From: an uncultured Gemmatimonadaceae bacterium | GTDB taxonomy: Bacteria; Gemmatimonadota; Gemmatimonadetes; Gemmatimonadales; Gemmatimonadaceae | DNA: 64,000 nt | Direction: 5' to 3' | Assembly: GCA_963751275.1 (NCBI GenBank) | Contig: CAVVTZ010000012.1 | Span: forward strand, 32,001 to 96,000 | Notes under the pieces: model-generated | Seen by the model: the letters and a program-made list of their open reading frames with translations, nothing else | Database searches by the model: none | What the model was told of the DNA's origin: nothing | Translations under genes and position numbers: made by a program | In this document: one piece after another, positions 20,711-31,414 of the stretch | How positions within the stretch are numbered: the stretch's first letter is position 1 | Layout: every line of letters starts with the position of its first letter

Positions 20711-21403
20711 ATGCGCATTCTGAGATGGGCAGCGATCGCGGGAGTCGTCGCGGCGGCGGGGTTCGCGGCGCCGGCGCGCGCGCAGAACAGCTTCGAGGGC
20801 GTCATCGACTTCAAGTTCGAGGGGCACGACTCGATGGGGATGGTGCAGACATCGAAGGGGAACATGGTGCGCATCGACATCGCCGGCGGGCCTCGCGGCG
20901 AGGTGTCGATGGTCATGGATACCAAGGCCAACACCATGACCATGATCATGTACTCGCGGAAGATGTACATGGTGAATCCGCTGCCCTCGCTCGACTCCGC
21001 GCTCGCGAACGACAAGCGGAAGACGACGATCACCAAGACCGGCCAGACCGAGACCGTGGCCGGCGTGAGCTGCGAGATCTACAAGGGCACCACCACGAAC
21101 GAGGACGGCAAGGTGGAGGAGGGGCAGGCCTGTCTCGCGAAAGGCGTCGGCTTCGTGTTCTTCTCCACGATGAACCGCGGGCGCGGCGGGCCGCAGGGCT
21201 CCGCTGCCGAGGTCTTCAAGGAACTCGCGGCGCAGGACCTCCACGTCGTCAAGGCGTGGACGATGAAGGACGGCCAGATGGTCCCCGTTATCGAGGCGAT
21301 CAAGATCGAGCGGAAGTCGGTGCCGAATTCCACCTTCGAGGTACCGGCCGACTTCATGAAGATGCAGATGCCCATGGGCATGGGCGGGGCGCCGAGGCCC
21401 TGA
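20711..21403 (+). CDS. Secreted DUF4412-like protein
   Basis: RBS GGAGG; signal peptide; FEGVI...KTGQTETVAGVSCEIY...FEVPADF. Confidence 0.7.
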   Translation: MRILRWAAIAGVVAAAGFAAPARAQNSFEGVIDFKFEGHDSMGMVQTSKGNMVRIDIAGGPRGEVSMVMDTKANTMTMIMYSRKMYMVNPLPSLDSALANDKRKTTITKTGQTETVAGVSCEIYKGTTTNEDGKVEEGQACLAKGVGFVFFSTMNRGRGGPQGSAAEVFKELAAQDLHVVKAWTMKDGQMVPVIEAIKIERKSVPNSTFEVPADFMKMQMPMGMGGAPRP

Positions 21404-21410
21404 GTCGCAC

Positions 21411-21457
21411 ACGTTCGCCGTTAGCCGTTAAGAGTTCCAACGGCTAACGGCGAACGT
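21411..21457. repeat. 19-bp-arm palindrome of GCCGTTA heptamers between convergent genes (possible terminator)
   Basis: acgttcgccgttagccgtt - 9 nt - aacggctaacggcgaacgt. Confidence 0.85.
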
Positions 21458-21464
21458 TTGTCGT

Positions 21465-21935
21465 TCAGTTGATCAGCGGGATCTCCTGCGCCACCGCGAG
21501 CGCCACCATCAGGTCCATGCGGTGTTCGATCTGGTAGTATCGCGCGACCATCCGCGGCGGGAGCACCTTCGCGAACTTCGGGAGATACGACGCGCGGATC
21601 TGCTGCTCCTGCACGCGCGTGTTCAACCAGAGCTTGGTCAGATTCGCCACCTGCTTGTCGGTCACCGTGTCCGTCTGGTTGATCAGCTGGTGGAGCTCGT
21701 TCCACTCCTGCGTGCGCACCTTCGCGATCGCCGCGCGCTCCGCGTCATACACGGGCCAGAACTTCGTCGCCTGGTCGGCCGTGAGGTTCATGTTCGCCGC
21801 GACGGTCTGCTTGCGCGTATCCGCGGCGGCGGTGCGCGCCGAGTCCAGCTGTGCCTTCGTGATGTCCTGCGCCTTCGCCGTGCCGGCCGCCGCGATGACC
21901 GCCGCCGCGACGAGGATCGTGAGCTTCTTGATCAT
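21465..21935 (-). CDS. Secreted helical protein (Spy/CpxP-like), paralog of 22022-22525
   Basis: Signal peptide; RKQTVAANMNLTADQATKFWPVYD shared with its neighbour. Confidence 0.75.
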   Translation of the reverse strand: MIKKLTILVAAAVIAAAGTAKAQDITKAQLDSARTAAADTRKQTVAANMNLTADQATKFWPVYDAERAAIAKVRTQEWNELHQLINQTDTVTDKQVANLTKLWLNTRVQEQQIRASYLPKFAKVLPPRMVARYYQIEHRMDLMVALAVAQEIPLIN

Positions 21936-22021
21936 GGTACGCCTCACACTGAATGGGGGTGGAAAGTGAACGGGGGCGCGCGCGAGGAGCCACGCACCCT
22001 CGCCGGATCGCCGGTCGCGAG

Positions 22022-22525
22022 CTACTTCACCAGCGGGATCGCCTTGGAGCGCTCGTAGCCGAGCATCAGGTCGAGCTTGTTCTCGATCTGATAGAAGCGC
22101 GCGACCTTGGTGTACGGGACCGCCGCCGCGAACTTGGGCAGGTACGACGTCTTGAGGTCCATCTGCGCCTGGCGCGACGCCATCCAGGTCGCCATCAGGC
22201 TCTTGGCCACCGAGTCGTTCATCGTCGTGTAATTGTGCGCGTACTGCTGCACGGTCGTCCACTCGCCATTCTGCGCGGTCATCATCTCGGCGCGGTACGC
22301 GTCGTACACGGGCCAGAACCGCGTCGCCTCGTCGGCGGTGAGGTTCATGTTCTCGGCCACGGTCTGCTTGCGGGCAGCGGCGACCGCCAGACGCAGCGTG
22401 TCGATCGCGGCGGCGACCTGTGCCTGCGTCGGCTTCGCCGGAGCGGCGGGAGCGGGGGCGGCCTGCGCCGACGCGGCGGCAGCGGCGATCATGAGCGCGA
22501 GCGCGCTCGCGGTACGACGGATCAT
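22022..22525 (-). CDS. Secreted helical protein (Spy/CpxP-like), paralog of 21465-21935
   Basis: Signal peptide; RKQTVAENMNLTADEATRFWPVYD, ARFYQIE. Confidence 0.75.
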   Translation of the reverse strand: MIRRTASALALMIAAAAASAQAAPAPAAPAKPTQAQVAAAIDTLRLAVAAARKQTVAENMNLTADEATRFWPVYDAYRAEMMTAQNGEWTTVQQYAHNYTTMNDSVAKSLMATWMASRQAQMDLKTSYLPKFAAAVPYTKVARFYQIENKLDLMLGYERSKAIPLVK

Positions 22526-22622
22526 GTGCGAATCCTCTCAGGTGGTGGAAGTGCGTCCGCCGCGCGCGAGCGTGACTGCTTCGAACGAGCGCGCGACAGC
22601 CATTAAAGGTACCTTACCTTCC

Positions 22623-24236
22623 ATGCGAGGTGCAACCCGAATCGAGCGCGGCGCGATGGTGATCGCCATCGCCGTGGCTGCCACATGCCGCCTCGCGGGG
22701 CAGGGCAGTGCTCCAAGCTCCGTTGCGGGCCGGGATCCGCTGATCATCCGCGGGATCCAGATCGAGACCCACCGCATCTTCGACTCCGCGGAAGCCACGA
22801 GCGGCGTATACGAGGCGATGAACACGCTCCACCGCACCACCCGCCCGTACGTCATCGAGCACCAGCTCCTGTTCAAGGTCGGCGAGCGCTGGGATAGCGC
22901 CCGCGTCCGCGAGACGGCGCGCAACCTCCGCGCCCTTGGCCTCTTCCGCGTCGTGACGATCGACAGCGTTCCCACAGACTCCGGCCTCATCGCGCGGGTC
23001 AGCACCCAGGACGCGTGGACCTTCGGCATCGTCTTCACGATCAAGGCGAGCGGCTCGCAGATCGGCTATGCCATCGGGTTCAACGACCGCAACGTGCTGG
23101 GCAGCGGCACGCAGTTCCAGATGCAGTATGGCAAGAACCCGGACCGCGACTCCGTCATGTTCGGACTCTCGCGCGAGTTCCTGTTCGGCACGCCGTACGA
23201 CTTCGCGGCGAATTACAACAAACTCTCCGACGGCAAGACCGGCTGGCTGAATTTCGGGCGGCCATTCCGCACGCTCGAGTCCGCGTATGGCTGGACGCTC
23301 GGATCGGAGCTGTACAACGGGCGCATCCTGCTCTTCTACGGCGGCGACACTGTCGCCCAGGACACGATGCGCCGCGCCTTCCAGCTGCTCTCCATCAATC
23401 CGGCGATCTCGCTCCATTCGTCGAACGATGGGTATCTGCGTCTCGGTCTCTACGCGCAGATCGAGCGGAACGATTTCCAGCAGTATTCGCTGCCGTCGGA
23501 CCAGATCCCGCGCACGATATCCGGCGCCTTCGGCCCGTACCTGTCGTTCAGCCGGCCGTCCTACACACACCTCCGTTACTACCAGGCCGGCGGGCGGCGC
23601 GAGGACCTGCAACTGGGCTTCACCGGCACGTTCGGCGTCGGATTCGCCCCGGGACAATGGGGCTATGGGCAGAACGGCCTCTCGCCGACGCTGCGGGCGA
23701 CGTTCTACCAGCGGGCCGGCGCGGTGATCCTCGAGGAATCGCTCACGGTGACGTCGCTGTATTCCAAGAGCGGTCTCGACTCGGGCACGGCGTACGGCTC
23801 GCTCACCGCGTTGTGGCAGCCGACCGAGACCCAGCTGCTCATCGGTTACGTGGGCGGTGGCGCCCAGAAGAACGGCTATCCCGGCGAGAATTGGGACCTC
23901 GGCTTTGGCTACGCGGTGCGCGCGTATCCGCAGCACTCGTTCACGGGGAACCGCGTGTACATGATGGACGCCGAATACCGGTGGTTCTTCGCGCCGGATG
24001 TCTTCCGTCTCCTCGCGCTGGGAGTGGGCGCCTTCGTGGACCACGCCGGCGCGTGGTATTCGGGTTCATCCATGAGCTCCGGCACCGATGCCGGCATCGG
24101 CCTGCGGTTGGCGTCGATCACCGGCAATCCCGGCTACGTCATGCGTGCCGACGCCGCCTACCGCTGGCCGACCGACGCACTTCCGGGCGGATGGGTGTTC
24201 ACATTTGGAAAGGGATTCGTTTGGCAGGTATTTTGA
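22623..24236 (+). CDS. POTRA + Omp85/BamA-like outer membrane protein
   Basis: POTRA-like TTRPYVIEHQLLFKVGE..ETARNLRALGLF; DRNVLGSG; VRAY; terminal Phe. Confidence 0.75.
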   Translation: MRGATRIERGAMVIAIAVAATCRLAGQGSAPSSVAGRDPLIIRGIQIETHRIFDSAEATSGVYEAMNTLHRTTRPYVIEHQLLFKVGERWDSARVRETARNLRALGLFRVVTIDSVPTDSGLIARVSTQDAWTFGIVFTIKASGSQIGYAIGFNDRNVLGSGTQFQMQYGKNPDRDSVMFGLSREFLFGTPYDFAANYNKLSDGKTGWLNFGRPFRTLESAYGWTLGSELYNGRILLFYGGDTVAQDTMRRAFQLLSINPAISLHSSNDGYLRLGLYAQIERNDFQQYSLPSDQIPRTISGAFGPYLSFSRPSYTHLRYYQAGGRREDLQLGFTGTFGVGFAPGQWGYGQNGLSPTLRATFYQRAGAVILEESLTVTSLYSKSGLDSGTAYGSLTALWQPTETQLLIGYVGGGAQKNGYPGENWDLGFGYAVRAYPQHSFTGNRVYMMDAEYRWFFAPDVFRLLALGVGAFVDHAGAWYSGSSMSSGTDAGIGLRLASITGNPGYVMRADAAYRWPTDALPGGWVFTFGKGFVWQVF

Positions 24237-24280
24237 GCGCGCGCGCTCTCACGCGCGTACGGCCGTCGCCGTGTCGTTCT

Positions 24281-24366
24281 ATCATGTCCATCATGTCAAT
24301 CCTGTCCAGGCAGTTCAGTTCTTGGAACCACACTGCTTTGGACAGGATTTACATGATGGACATGAT
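24281..24366. repeat. 28-bp-arm palindrome, GACAGGAT family in back-to-back orientation
   Basis: 24281-24308 pairs with 24339-24366 (1 mismatch); ctgctttggacaggat lies at the inner end. Confidence 0.9.
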
Positions 24367-24390
24367 TGGAACTACATCGCGTCCACGCTC

Positions 24391-26717
24391 CTACTGCGCA
24401 CCGCCGGGTTTCACGAGGGCCACGTAGGCGTTCACCAGGTCGCGGTCGTCGGGGTGCTTCTGGAGCGCGAAGGCGAGCACGTCCTTCGCTTCCTTCTTGC
24501 GGCCGAGCTGTTCGAGGCCGAGTGCATACACCAGCGCATAGCGCGCCGATTCGGGGGAGAGGCTCGCCGCCGCGGCGAGATGGCCGATCGCATCGGTCAT
24601 CCGCTTCTCCCGCACGTACGTGAGGCCGAGCGCGTACTCGAGCTCCGCGCCTTGTCCCTTGGGCGCGTGCGCCAGTCCCTCGTTCAGGATCCGCTCCGCC
24701 GATGCGTCGTCACCCTGCTGCCGCGCGAGATCGGCGAGATTCACGTACGTCGCGATGCAGCGATGGGTTCAGCTTGAGCGCCGCCTCATATTCGAGCGCG
24801 GCAGAATCGAGATGCCCCGTCTCGGCGAAGTAGGCGCCGAGGTTCAGGCGCGCCTCGGCGCGGTCGGCATTGACGCGCTGCTCCTCACGATATTCGGCGA
24901 TCGCCGCGTCGAAGGCGGCGCGGTCTTCGGGCGTCATCGACGCGGGCGGCGCACTGGCGAGCGCGCGCGCGGCATCCACGCGCACGAGGCGTGACGAGTC
25001 GGTGAGCATCGGCAGGAGCATCGGTCCGCGCTGTTCGGGTGGGGCGCCGGCGGTGGCGTTGGCCGCCGCGTCGCGCACGAGGGGGTCCGCATCGGAGAGC
25101 GAGCGCTGCACCTGCGCCAGCATGTTGGGCGATGGATAGCGCCCGAGCAGATCGATCGCCGTGGCGCGGACGATCGCGGGCCTCGCGGTGTCCTGCGCGA
25201 GCGCGACGAGCGCTTGCGCCGCGCCGCGCGCCCCGCGCCGTCCCGAGATCGATCGCGGCGCCGTAGGGCGGCTCGCCGGCGCGCTTGGTCCACCACTTGG
25301 CGGACGCGCTCGCCGCCCACTGGTCGGTCTCCTTCGTGTGGCAGCCGGTGCACGCGTTGGGCGTGCCGAGCGCGACCGACACGTCGGGGCGGGGGATGCG
25401 AATGCTGTGATCGTGCCGCGCGTGCACCACCATGTAGTCGCGCGTGGGCATGTGGCAGTTCACGCAGCTGGCGCCGGGCGAGCCGGTCTTGTGATGCGTG
25501 TGCGATCCCGCCGCGAAGACCTGCGGGGTGTGGCAGCGCGCGCACACGTCGTCCAGCGGCGGCGCGATCGTCGCGCGGTGCGGATCGTGGCAGTCGGTGC
25601 ACGTCACGCCGTGGTGGTACATGCGGCTCTGGCGGAAGGAGCCGTACTCGTAGACCTCGTCGCGGATCTGTCCGTCGGCGAAGTACTCCTGCTCGGTGAG
25701 CAGCGATGGACGATGCGTGTCGGTGAGGGGGCGGCCCGGTGTGTAATGCTCCGCCAGCACTGAGCGTCGCGCATGGCAGCGCGCGCACATCTCGACTTCC
25801 GCGTGCGACGTGCGCGGCGTGCTGCGATGCGGGAGGCCCGTCGCCGTGTCCACGATCCACGCGGCCGGCACCGAGTCGCGGAGCTGCACCATGAGTCCAT
25901 CGTCGGCGCCGCTCTTCGCCGACTTGCCGGCCGCCTTCGCCCACGCGACGTGCGCGGCGCCCGGGCCGTGGCACGCTTCGCACGACACGTCCACTTCGGA
26001 GAACGTCGTGTGGTACGTGTTCGCCGCCGCATCGTACCCCTTCACGACGTTCGTCGAGTGGCACTCGGCGCACATGAAGTTCCAGTTCTGGTACGCACCG
26101 GTCCAGTGCAGCACATCGTCGTGCGGCACCGCTTCCTTCGGATAGAGATGGAACCAGCGCTGGCCGCCCTCGCTCGCGGGGCGCGTGTCCCACACGACGT
26201 TCAGCGCCTGGTAGCGGCCGCCGGGGAACGCGATGAGATACTGTTGCAGCGGGAAGACGCCGAAGGTGTACGCGATCTGGTAGTCGGTGAGCTTCCCGTC
26301 GGGGCCGTCGGTGCGCACGAAGAACTTGCCGTCGTGCGTGGAGAACGTGCTCGTGACGCCGAAGTGCGTGAAGGTCGTGCCGTGGAAATCGCCCAGCACG
26401 GTGGCGGCGGTGGCCGGTTGCATCGCGAGATCGTGGTGCGATCCCTTCCAGAGCGAATCCTCGCGCGCATGGCAGCCCGCGCAGGCGGCGCGCCCGACGA
26501 AGGCGGGTTCGGGCGCCGCGGCGGACTTCGTGCTCCAGAGCGGATGCGATGCGTACTTCCAGATCGCGGCGCCGCCCAGCAGCACGACCACGGCGGCGAC
26601 CACCGCGATCATCGTGCGCCGCTTGCCCGCGTCGCCGGCGCGCTTGGCGGCGGTCTGCTTCATCTTGGCGGCCGGCGCGTCGCCCGGCCCGGGCTTCTTC
26701 TTCCGTGAGCGCGTCAC
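24391..26717 (-). CDS. Membrane-anchored octaheme c-type cytochrome with HEAT and TPR repeats; frameshifts ~25235 and ~24765
   Basis: Eight CxxCH motifs (CAGCH, CAECH, CEACH, CARCH, CTDCH, CARCH, CVNCH, CTGCH); DADPLVRDAAA HEAT repeat; TPR tail. Confidence 0.88.
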
Positions 26718-27469
26718 TTGTGTGTGAAGACGAGGGTGATCCCCAGCGCGTTGGTGTACGCCGGTGCCGAATTCCAATTCACGCTGTGCCCGAAATAAAC
26801 CTCGGTGCTGAAATGCTCGGCCACCGGCATCTGTACTCCGGCCTCGGTCTTCTCGCCGGACCAGGTGCCGCTCTGGAGCGAGTAGTACCACTCGGCATTG
26901 GCGTAGGGCGTGAGCTCATAGTGTCGGAATTCCAGGTTGTACTCCGCGTAAACGCGGTTCCGGTAGCGGGTCGACCAATCGCCGTTGGTCCAGCGCCAGT
27001 CGAAGCCGTTGCGATCGGACGCCACGAACCCGCCGTACTTACGGATCACCGAGAACTCCGCGAGCAGCCGGTTCTGCACGGAATATCCGGAGTCCGAATT
27101 CACGGTCTCTGAATATCGATAGCCGATCCGCACGAATCCGGGCTTGTACCGGTCCTCGACCAGCGTCGCTGCGCCGATCGCCTCGGCGACCTTGGGCTGG
27201 CGTTGGAATAAGTCGACGTTCAGTCCGTACTGCTGGTTGTCCGAATAGCCGTTCGCGCCGAAGGCCCCGAGTGCCTGGAGCATGAACCGGGAGTGATCGG
27301 AGATGCGGTCGAAGTAGTCGGCCTCCGGCCACCACTGGTCGATGGTGCTCGGAGTGGTCGCCTGCGCGCGCGATGCGACGTTCGCGGTCGCGAGTGCGAG
27401 CGGGACGATGAGGAAATGCCGGCGACGGAGCACGCGCGGAATGTAGCGGCGGGTCAGCGTCGCTGCCAT
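26714..27469 (-). CDS. Outer membrane beta-barrel protein (DUF2490-like)
   Basis: Signal peptide; amphipathic strands; RYRNR and PYANAEWYY motifs. Confidence 0.65.
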   Translation of the reverse strand: MAATLTRRYIPRVLRRRHFLIVPLALATANVASRAQATTPSTIDQWWPEADYFDRISDHSRFMLQALGAFGANGYSDNQQYGLNVDLFQRQPKVAEAIGAATLVEDRYKPGFVRIGYRYSETVNSDSGYSVQNRLLAEFSVIRKYGGFVASDRNGFDWRWTNGDWSTRYRNRVYAEYNLEFRHYELTPYANAEWYYSLQSGTWSGEKTEAGVQMPVAEHFSTEVYFGHSVNWNSAPAYTNALGITLVFTHK

Positions 27470-27482
27470 CGACCGCCAATGC

Positions 27483-27516
27483 GAGAGCGGCTCCGCGGAA
27501 TCGCGGAGCCGCTCTC
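27483..27516. terminator. 15-bp perfect GC hairpin downstream of a minus-strand gene
   Basis: gagagcggctccgcg-gaat-cgcggagccgctctc; no clear U tract. Confidence 0.5.
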
Positions 27517-27524
27517 AGCGTGCG

Positions 27525-29762
27525 CTATGGCCGTCGTCCGCCGCCGCCGCCGCTGCGCGGCGGCGCCTTCGCCGACGAACTCTTCGGCGCCGAGCCGCCC
27601 GAACGGGCCTTGTCGTAGCTCTGCGTCTTCTGCTGCCCGTGGTTGCGGTTCTGCTGCGTGCGATTCACATCCGAAGGCACGCTCGGCTTCGCGGTGGGCT
27701 GCGGGGTCGGACGCGATCCGCCCGATGGTTGCGTGGTGGGGCGCGATCCGCCGGTCGGTTGCGTCGATGGACGCGATCCGGTCGTCGGCGCGCCGCTGTT
27801 CTGCCATTTGCCGCCCGAGTTCTGCTGCCACTGGCTCCCGTTCTGCCGGTAGACATTCCCGTCCTTGCCGGCGACGACGTTGTTCGGCTTCCCGGCGGCG
27901 GGCTTGCCGGCCGGCATTGTGCTGGGGTTTGCCGGTGCGACACGCCCCGCATTGGCCGGCTGGCGATACATGTTGTTGCCATAGCCGGGATACCCACCGG
28001 CCGGCGGACGATATCCGGGCGGCGGCGGACGGTAACCGGGCGGCGGCGGGCGGTAGCCGGGATAACCGCCATAGGGCGGACGATAGTATGGCGGCGGGTA
28101 AGGCGGCCGGCCGTAGGGTCCGTACCATCCGCCATAGCGCGGGCCGCCGACCACGATGCCCACATGCATGAACGGCGTGCTGTACCCGAAGCCCACGGTG
28201 AAGCCGGTCCACGGATTGTAGCGCACCGCCACCCCGTACGTGACCGGCCGCGGGTAATAGACGTACGGGGTATAGTACGGCGGGTAATAGAAGCCGGTGC
28301 CGTACACGATCGTGCCGTAGTACGGATACGCGCCGATGTAGCCCGGGGTGTAGCCCACATACACGATGGTCGGCGTGGCCTGGTAGACCTGGACGTACTT
28401 CACATTGTAGACCGGTGAGCTCGGCGGGATGGTCTCGACCGCTTTCGGCACGGAGTCGCTCACCGTCCACGGGCCCAAGGGACCGATCGACGCGAACCAT
28501 ACGGCGTTGTCGCACGCGTAGTACAGTCGAACCGATCTTGAGCACCTGCGTCTGCGTGTTCGTGGCGTACATCACGCTCGTGCCGGGGATCGCCTCGAAT
28601 TTTGGGTCGCCATCGTAGGCGACCGTGAGTTTCGCGGTGGCGCGGTCGATCGCGGCGGTCTGCGGGATCTGCGCGTCGAGGAGCGCGTCGCTCGCCTGCT
28701 CGGTGCCGGGCACGGACGCGAGAACATCGCCTTGCGACGACGCCGGCGGGATCTTGGCGAATTCGGCGGGCAGGGAATCGGGGCGCACGAACGTCCACGG
28801 ACCGCTGAACGACGCCGCGCGGAACCAGCGGCCGGACAGCAGCACGTACGTCTGCTGGTCGGTGAGATTCTTGAGCACGTTGCGGTCGGTATTGCTCACG
28901 TAGAGGAGATCGGCGCCGCTGACCGGCGCCCACTTCGGTTCGCCCTGGAAGACGATGAGCTCGGTGGGCGAGGTGGCGACGATGATCCGGGGCGGGGCGC
29001 CCGGCGGCGCGCTGTCGCGCTGCAGCGAATCGGGAACGAGCGCCTTCACGGCGGGCGGCGGCGTCTGATGTTGGTCCACGGGCCCAACGCCGCGGACGCC
29101 GAGTACCAGAGCGGGCCGCCGTTGAGGAAGAACGTGTTGGTGATCGTATCGCGCACCACCATCATCGGCGTGTTCACCACGCGTTGGAACTGCGTGCCGC
29201 GCATCCCCTGCAGGATCGGATCGCCGGCGTAGAGCAACAGTGCCGCCGGCACGTTCGAGAAGAGAATGACCGGCGGCGTGGTGTTGAGACTGTCGGCCGA
29301 GCGCTGCTGGGCCGCGGCGTCGGCCAGGCTGGCCTGGAACCGGTCGAGCGCGATCGTGAACGTCCACGAGCCGACGAGCGGATTCACCAGCGTGCGGAAC
29401 TGCGCCTGCTTCTCGGTCGTGATCCCCGGGAAGCGGACATTCGCCACCACGACCTGGTCGATCAGCACGGTGCGCGAGTCGCGGTCCGTTTGCGCGCGCG
29501 AGCTGAACCAGACGACCCCGAAGATGGGCGTCGTCTCGCCCTTCTTGATCACGGCCACCGCCGAGCGCGCGGAGAGCGAAATGCCGTTGAGCGACTCCGG
29601 CTGCGGCTGGTAGATGATGATCTTCGCCGAGTCGGTGTCGAGCTCGCGGGGCCAGCCGATGTCGTACGTCTGCGCGGAGGCGGCGGGCGCGACCGCGGCG
29701 GCGAGGCCGAGTGCGAAGGCGAGCGCGGCCAAGCGCCAGCGGGGATCGGTCAGCATCAGCAT
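27525..29762 (-). CDS. Large secreted hypothetical protein with Tyr/Pro/Gly-rich low-complexity tail; frameshifts ~29065 and ~28525
   Basis: Signal peptide then WPRELD..IYQPQ; LYVSNT..LLSGRWFR; IPPSSPVYNVKYV; PPPPGYR repeats. Confidence 0.75.
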
Positions 29763-29937
29763 GCGCTGCTTCTCCGGTCACATGAAGGGAGTGTCTCGAG
29801 CCGGCGCGGCCGGCATGGAAAGCTACTTCGCTGTATACCTCGCGCAACGCGCGCAGTGCCCTTGTGTGACGGGAGATTCCCCCTTCCCGCGTGCGCGGAG
29901 CCGCCATAGTCTTGGCGCAACACCAACGGGCCGGGAT

Positions 29938-31323
29938 ATGTCTCACTCGTCGCGACTCTCGCTCGCTCTCGTCGTCGCCGCGGCGGCCACTGGCGCGGCC
30001 GGGACGCTTGCCGCGCAGGACACGCAGTACTGGGCCGATGCCTATGGCACGCAGTCGCGACTGCTCGGCGGCATCGCGATCGGCAACGACGCCGACATCA
30101 GCGCCGTGTACTACAATCCCGGCGCGATCGCGCTGGCCGACAGCCTGCAGTTCCTGATCTCGCTGAACGCGCTGCGCTTCTCGGATCTCTCGTACTCGGT
30201 GCCGACGGTGTCGAGCACCATCCCGAGCAGCACTGGCTGGAGCGCGCTCTCGAACATGTTCGCCGGCACGATCCCCATTGGCGGCAAGGACTCGCATTCG
30301 CGCATGGCCTTCTCGCTGCTCACGCGGCAGGCGTTCAATTTCGGCGCGCAGATCCGGGACATCCCGCTCGACAGCTTCATCCCGACCCCACCGCCGGCGC
30401 CGACGACATCGATCGGCAACGCGCTCGCGAGTCAGAGCCTCACTGAGACGTGGGGCGGCGCGACGTACTCGAGCGCGCCGAACAAGCACTGGGGCTACGG
30501 CGCGAGTCTGTTCGTCGCGATCCGCAGCCAGAGCTTCTCGCAGTCGGTGAGTGGACAGGTGGTGAACGGCACAGGGCAGACGGCGCTCGCCGTGAAGGAA
30601 TACGATTTCTCGTACTACAACTGGGCCCTCCTGGCGAAGTTCGGCGTGCAATACAAGGGCGAGAACTGGTCGGCCGGGTTGACCGTGACGACGCCGCGGC
30701 TCGATCTCTTCGGCGGCGCCGACGTCGGCGCCACCCGGTCGTACATCGACGAGGGCGTCAACGGTCCGCCCAGCTCGCAGATCGCCACGAACTACCAGCC
30801 GAACCTCGGATCGACCTACCATTCGCCCACCTCGGTGGGCCTCGGATTCGGCCGCTGGTGGAAGGACACGGAGGTCAGCGTCGCGCTCGAGTGGTTCGCC
30901 GCGGTGCCGAAGTTCACGATCATTCCCGCGCAGCCGTTCCTCCCGCAACAGGGCAGTGATTCGGCGATCGACATGGCGCTCACGGCCCAATACCGGTCGC
31001 TGATCGACTGGGGCGTGGGCCTGCAGCATCGCTTCAACGAGCACTGGAACGCCTACGCGGCCTTCCGTACCGACCTCACCTCGATCCCCACGGGCGTGCG
31101 GTCGGTGGGCACACTGGTGAACTGGAACCTGTACCACGCCAACGTGGGCGTGCAGGCGTCCCTCGGGCGGGCGTCGGTGATCCTGGGACTCGATACCGCG
31201 TGGGGGTCCGAGGATGGCGTGAACGCGATCGGCGCCCCCGCTCCGGGGCTGCCGGCCCTGCCCACGGTGAACGAATCGTTCCTGAACATTACCGGTGCGC
31301 TCGGCTTCAAACTCACGTATTAG
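29938..31323 (+). CDS. FadL/OmpP1-like outer membrane transporter
   Basis: Signal peptide; GGIAIGNDADISAVYYNPGAI hatch motif; terminal Tyr. Confidence 0.75.
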   Translation: MSHSSRLSLALVVAAAATGAAGTLAAQDTQYWADAYGTQSRLLGGIAIGNDADISAVYYNPGAIALADSLQFLISLNALRFSDLSYSVPTVSSTIPSSTGWSALSNMFAGTIPIGGKDSHSRMAFSLLTRQAFNFGAQIRDIPLDSFIPTPPPAPTTSIGNALASQSLTETWGGATYSSAPNKHWGYGASLFVAIRSQSFSQSVSGQVVNGTGQTALAVKEYDFSYYNWALLAKFGVQYKGENWSAGLTVTTPRLDLFGGADVGATRSYIDEGVNGPPSSQIATNYQPNLGSTYHSPTSVGLGFGRWWKDTEVSVALEWFAAVPKFTIIPAQPFLPQQGSDSAIDMALTAQYRSLIDWGVGLQHRFNEHWNAYAAFRTDLTSIPTGVRSVGTLVNWNLYHANVGVQASLGRASVILGLDTAWGSEDGVNAIGAPAPGLPALPTVNESFLNITGALGFKLTY

Positions 31324-31414
31324 AATCGTAACGCCGGACGCGGGCCGCTCGTCGAGTACTGAAGGGGGAAACCCCCGTTCCGCATAGGCGGAACGCACTC
31401 GCACGCGGCCACGC

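Noticed and set aside
31353..31401. Hammerhead ribozyme or c-di-GMP riboswitch
   Set aside because: CTGAAGG does not fit CUGANGA, GAAA is misplaced, and the GEMM consensus is not matched.
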